This document shows positions 60,775-64,000 of a stretch of DNA of 64,000 nucleotides, one piece after another (the stretch's first letter is position 1; each line of letters starts with the position of its first letter). The translations under genes and the position numbers were made by a program. The stretch lies in NCBI GenBank assembly GCA_965228855.1, contig CBDDIJ010000002.1, forward strand, positions 2,176,001-2,240,000, in the 5' to 3' direction. The notes beneath the pieces were generated by a model that did not search any database, was not told the DNA's origin, and worked only from the letters and a program-made list of their open reading frames with translations. Source of the stretch: Candidatus Obscuribacterales bacterium. Lineage in GTDB: Bacteria; Cyanobacteriota; Vampirovibrionia; Obscuribacterales; Obscuribacteraceae.

Positions 60775-61875
60775 ATGATGATTTTTGAACTTGGAATCCT
60801 CTTCGTCTCGCTGGTCGTGATTGTAGCGGCGGCTGAGCTCTTTACAAACGGTATTGAATGGCTTGGGCAGCGGCTTGAGCTTAGCGAAGGCGTGGTCGGA
60901 AGTGTGCTCGCGGCCGTAGGGACTGCTTTGCCCGAAACCCTGATACCGATTGTTGCCGTCATATTTTTCGGACAACGGGAAGGCGACGAGGTCGGAATCG
61001 GGGCGATCACCGGCGCTCCGTTTATGCTCTCAACCCTGACCCTTGGGCTTTGCGGGCTTGCTGGGATGAGCTTCGCGAAGAGCGGAAAGCGAGCCGCTGC
61101 GATCAACTACAACGAAGTAGTGATGACTCGTGATTTGAAATTTTTTATCGTCGCATACTCGATTGGACTAATCACTGCGGCTTTTGCGACTCACCAGATG
61201 GCGAAATACATCATCGCGTTTCTTATATTGATGATCTATCCGTTGTATCTCTACAAGACTTTTCAGTCATCCGGCGAGGTGGGTGAAGAGCCCGAAGCTC
61301 TTTATATTGACCGCATACTCAAGAAGGGATCGAACAAGCTGCGCTTCATTTTGCCGCAAGTTTTGCTCGGTCTTGGTGGTATCGTAGGCGGTGCATACTT
61401 CTTTGTGGAATACATTCAGGACATTGCTGATGCGATTGGCTTCCCCCCTCTGATTTTGTCGCTCATCGTCTGCCCGGTCGCGACCGAGCTGCCTGAGAAG
61501 GTTAACAGCATTCTCTGGGTTCGCCAGGGGAAAGACACTCTGGCTCTGGGTAACGTCACCGGTGCGATGGTTTTCCAGAGTTGTATTCCGGTTGCATTCG
61601 GAATCGCTTTCACACCATGGAACCTGGACATGGGCATTGTTATGACAGGACTCGTGGCGATTGGTTCAGCATCGCTTCTGTTACTAATGGTTAAAACCAA
61701 AAAACTCAGCTTCAACTATTTGGCTTGCTGCGCGATTTTCTATGTCTGCGCGGTTACTGCCCTAATCACACTCGATGTCCATATCGGCGGTCCAAAGCCG
61801 GAGACAGGCGTCATGCATCACGAGGGCGCCACCCAACCGAGTACGCAAGAACTGAACCGGAGTCAGGCGGAATAA
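60775..61875 (+). CDS. Ca2+/cation antiporter (CaCA, YrbG-like)
   Basis: alpha repeats GTALPE and ATELPE; ~10 TM. Confidence 0.9.
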   Translation: MMIFELGILFVSLVVIVAAAELFTNGIEWLGQRLELSEGVVGSVLAAVGTALPETLIPIVAVIFFGQREGDEVGIGAITGAPFMLSTLTLGLCGLAGMSFAKSGKRAAAINYNEVVMTRDLKFFIVAYSIGLITAAFATHQMAKYIIAFLILMIYPLYLYKTFQSSGEVGEEPEALYIDRILKKGSNKLRFILPQVLLGLGGIVGGAYFFVEYIQDIADAIGFPPLILSLIVCPVATELPEKVNSILWVRQGKDTLALGNVTGAMVFQSCIPVAFGIAFTPWNLDMGIVMTGLVAIGSASLLLLMVKTKKLSFNYLACCAIFYVCAVTALITLDVHIGGPKPETGVMHHEGATQPSTQELNRSQAE

Positions 61876-61973
61876 ACAGCATGGCGCCGTGGCATAGTAA
61901 ATAAGAATAGCTTGAGGGGTCTTTGATGATCGTCGCCGCGTTCGAAGAGTGGTTTCAAAACACGAACGGCTAC

Positions 61974-62468
61974 ATGGCAAAAGAGTTTCTTTTCGACGAT
62001 TTGTGGGCTCGAATTCAGCCTGCGATCACGACCTGGGAGACGCGCGGTTATCAAGTTTGTGGTGCTTCTGATGATAAACAGACACTAGTATTTCGCGACC
62101 AGATGAATCGCGGACTGCGGCTTACATCGTTTGAGGCCGACGAGTTTCAGTGTCTTCAATACGTTGAAGATGTCGACTCTCACGACTGGACCGTATACGT
62201 TTCCGAAGTTTCCAATCGCACATCCGGATTCCTCAGGACGCAGGCCTGGTGTCGTATCGGTTTGAAACGGGTGGCGTTCCGGCAATACTCTAATAAGGAC
62301 GACGGCGCCGTTGCTCCTGAAGAAATGCACCGAGAAGTCGTTCTGACACTTGCCGAAGAGGAGGGGCTTCGCCTTGAAGCTCTCGAGGACTGCTCCATTC
62401 AGGATATTGAAGAGAGGATCGCGCTTGCCTACATGCGCCCGCAGTTAGCAGTCTTTGGGCAAGAGTGA
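61974..62468 (+). CDS. hypothetical protein
   Basis: ORF filling the gap; start could be 61926. Confidence 0.6.
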   Translation: MAKEFLFDDLWARIQPAITTWETRGYQVCGASDDKQTLVFRDQMNRGLRLTSFEADEFQCLQYVEDVDSHDWTVYVSEVSNRTSGFLRTQAWCRIGLKRVAFRQYSNKDDGAVAPEEMHREVVLTLAEEEGLRLEALEDCSIQDIEERIALAYMRPQLAVFGQE

Positions 62469-62483
62469 ATTGAAACTGGTTCG

Positions 62484-63638
62484 CTAAGATGTGACGCTGT
62501 CCGGATCAAAATTGACTTTCTGACCGCTACGGTTATCATCATCAGCCGCTGACTCCGCAAGCTGTTCGCGGATTTCTGCGATTACCTCTTCCGGATTTTT
62601 TCCGTCCGGTGGCTTGAACATATTCGAGTCGACATGAACCTGTTGCGAGTGCTCTTGAGATGGCGGGGGATAGAAGAAGTCCAAAATGAGCTTCACTGCT
62701 GCCGCGACGGGGATGGCGATCAACATGCCCAGTGCACCTGCCAGTACTTCGCCACATATGACAGCGAAGATAATGGCGAGCGGGTGAAGCTCGATAACAT
62801 GCCCGACGAACTTCGGAATAACAACGTAATCCTCTGTCAGGCGAGCGATCCAGTAGCACAGAGCAATTAACAAACCGACGTGAACGCCTTTCTGAGCGAC
62901 GCCGACGATCACTGCCATTGATATCGCCAGTAGTGGCCCGAGCACCGGAACGATTTCAAGGACACCGCTGAAGATTGCGATTAAGAGCGCATACTTGATT
63001 TGAAATGCGAAGTGGAGAATTACATACGCGACCGTCGACATCAGCAAAATGAGAAAGAGTTGAGTGCGAATGTATTTAGCGACCATGACGTTTATCTGGC
63101 TCGATAAGGTCACAACAGCCATTCTACGTTCCTCTGGTAGGAAACGCAGTAGGAAACGACCGACACTCTCGCTATCCATGATCAGGTATATGGATGAAAC
63201 GACTGATACCAGAACATGCAGTAAGCTCTTGGAGAGAATTTCGGTCAAGTGAACGAGTTCTTCCGGCTTGCCGAGCCAGGTTTCAAGGTTTATCACAATG
63301 TCGCTGGAAATGGTTTGAACATCCATTTGCCAGTTGAAGGTCGTCGACAATTGCTCGAGCAGTTTCGTGACGATTGCATGTCTGTCTTCAAACAGAGTTG
63401 CCGCCTGGTCGATGAGCAATCCGCCGAAGAGGCGGCTGAGAAGTATCATCGTGCCGAGAAAAGCCAGGTATATTCCCGCGACAGCGAAATGGCGAGGCAT
63501 TTTGCAAGTCGTGCCCACAAAGCGGACGAGGGGCAGCAAGAGATAGGCCAAAATTCCTCCGACGATGAACGGAGGAAAAACCTCTCGTACAAGGTAGAGG
63601 AACCAAAGGAGTCCAAAAATTGCCAGCCATCTAAGCAT
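62484..63638 (-). CDS. AI-2E (PerM) family transporter
   Basis: LAYLLLPLV, VPVLGP, LHPL, GMLIAIPVAA. Confidence 0.92.
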   Translation of the reverse strand: MLRWLAIFGLLWFLYLVREVFPPFIVGGILAYLLLPLVRFVGTTCKMPRHFAVAGIYLAFLGTMILLSRLFGGLLIDQAATLFEDRHAIVTKLLEQLSTTFNWQMDVQTISSDIVINLETWLGKPEELVHLTEILSKSLLHVLVSVVSSIYLIMDSESVGRFLLRFLPEERRMAVVTLSSQINVMVAKYIRTQLFLILLMSTVAYVILHFAFQIKYALLIAIFSGVLEIVPVLGPLLAISMAVIVGVAQKGVHVGLLIALCYWIARLTEDYVVIPKFVGHVIELHPLAIIFAVICGEVLAGALGMLIAIPVAAAVKLILDFFYPPPSQEHSQQVHVDSNMFKPPDGKNPEEVIAEIREQLAESAADDDNRSGQKVNFDPDSVTS

Positions 63639-63682
63639 ATACAGGTTCTACCCACAGGCTGTCTGAAGTAACGTAGGTGTTG

Positions 63683-63750
63683 AACAGCCGTCGCTGTGCG
63701 GCAATTTCAGAAAGAAAATTTCGGAAATTCTGACACTCGCGACGGCTGTT
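63683..63750. other. long intergenic hairpin
   Basis: AACAGCCGTCGC/GCGACGGCTGTT 12-bp perfect outer stem, imperfect inner stem. Confidence 0.55.
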
Positions 63751-63756
63751 ATCTGA

Positions 63757-64000
63757 CTATCTGACGGCCATCTGCTTCGGCTCGAGCTGAGAGAAGTTCT
63801 CAACTTTTGCGCGCACCAGTTTCTTCAAATACCACGAAGGTCTGAAGCGCTCTCCGAGTTCCTTATGGTGCGCGTTGATTTCATTCAAGCACCATTCGAG
63901 ACCTTTCTCTTGAGCGATTTTCAGCAATCCGCCTTTCATGCCGCATCCGAATTCCATTCCCGTATCGACGTCAGCCGGCGTGACCACTTCTTCCTGGAGT
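63757..64000 (-). CDS. 3-hydroxyacyl-CoA dehydrogenase-family C-terminus (partial)
   Basis: DVDTGMEFGCGM..G.L...GERFRPS..LKKLV. Confidence 0.7.
   Translation of the reverse strand, partial: LQEEVVTPADVDTGMEFGCGMKGGLLKIAQEKGLEWCLNEINAHHKELGERFRPSWYLKKLVRAKVENFSQLEPKQMAVR

Overview
Bacterial chromosomal window of roughly 50% GC by eye. The gene style (LRR/TPR membrane proteins, PAS histidine kinases, many long low-complexity orphan proteins, cyanobacterial-like acyltransferase, orphan gatC) suggests a non-photosynthetic cyanobacterial relative (Melainabacteria/Obscuribacterales-like); this is inference only. Recognisable housekeeping genes: birA, cobB, nrdAB, glpK, pcp, prmA, maa, a DEAD-box helicase, pyrG, gatC, tRNA-Leu(CAA) and tmRNA (tag ANDNVIAGNFGGRALRAAA). 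nrdAB sits behind a compact cobalamin riboswitch with a readable terminator/antiterminator platform and an NrdR-like box. The tmRNA 3' end is an integration hotspot. It carries a ~6.6-kb island (frameshifted tyrosine integrase, xis remnant, Cys-less tandem thioredoxin-fold + TPR pair, HTH-PIN toxin-antitoxin pair, a 70-bp symmetric site) followed in tandem by a related, integrase-deleted island (higBA behind a duplicated promoter-operator). The most unusual unexplained items are: two candidate structured RNAs (37901-37985, next to a tandem pair of tiny paralogous genes, with a Y-RNA-like bulged helix or an NrdR-like box; 42131-42229, a three-way junction facing an unannotated 36-aa basic ORF); a membrane-anchored alpha/beta-hydrolase lacking its catalytic serine; and signal-peptide-less effector-like proteins sharing an N-terminal motif. 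No database searches or folding programs were run; family calls come from motif recognition.
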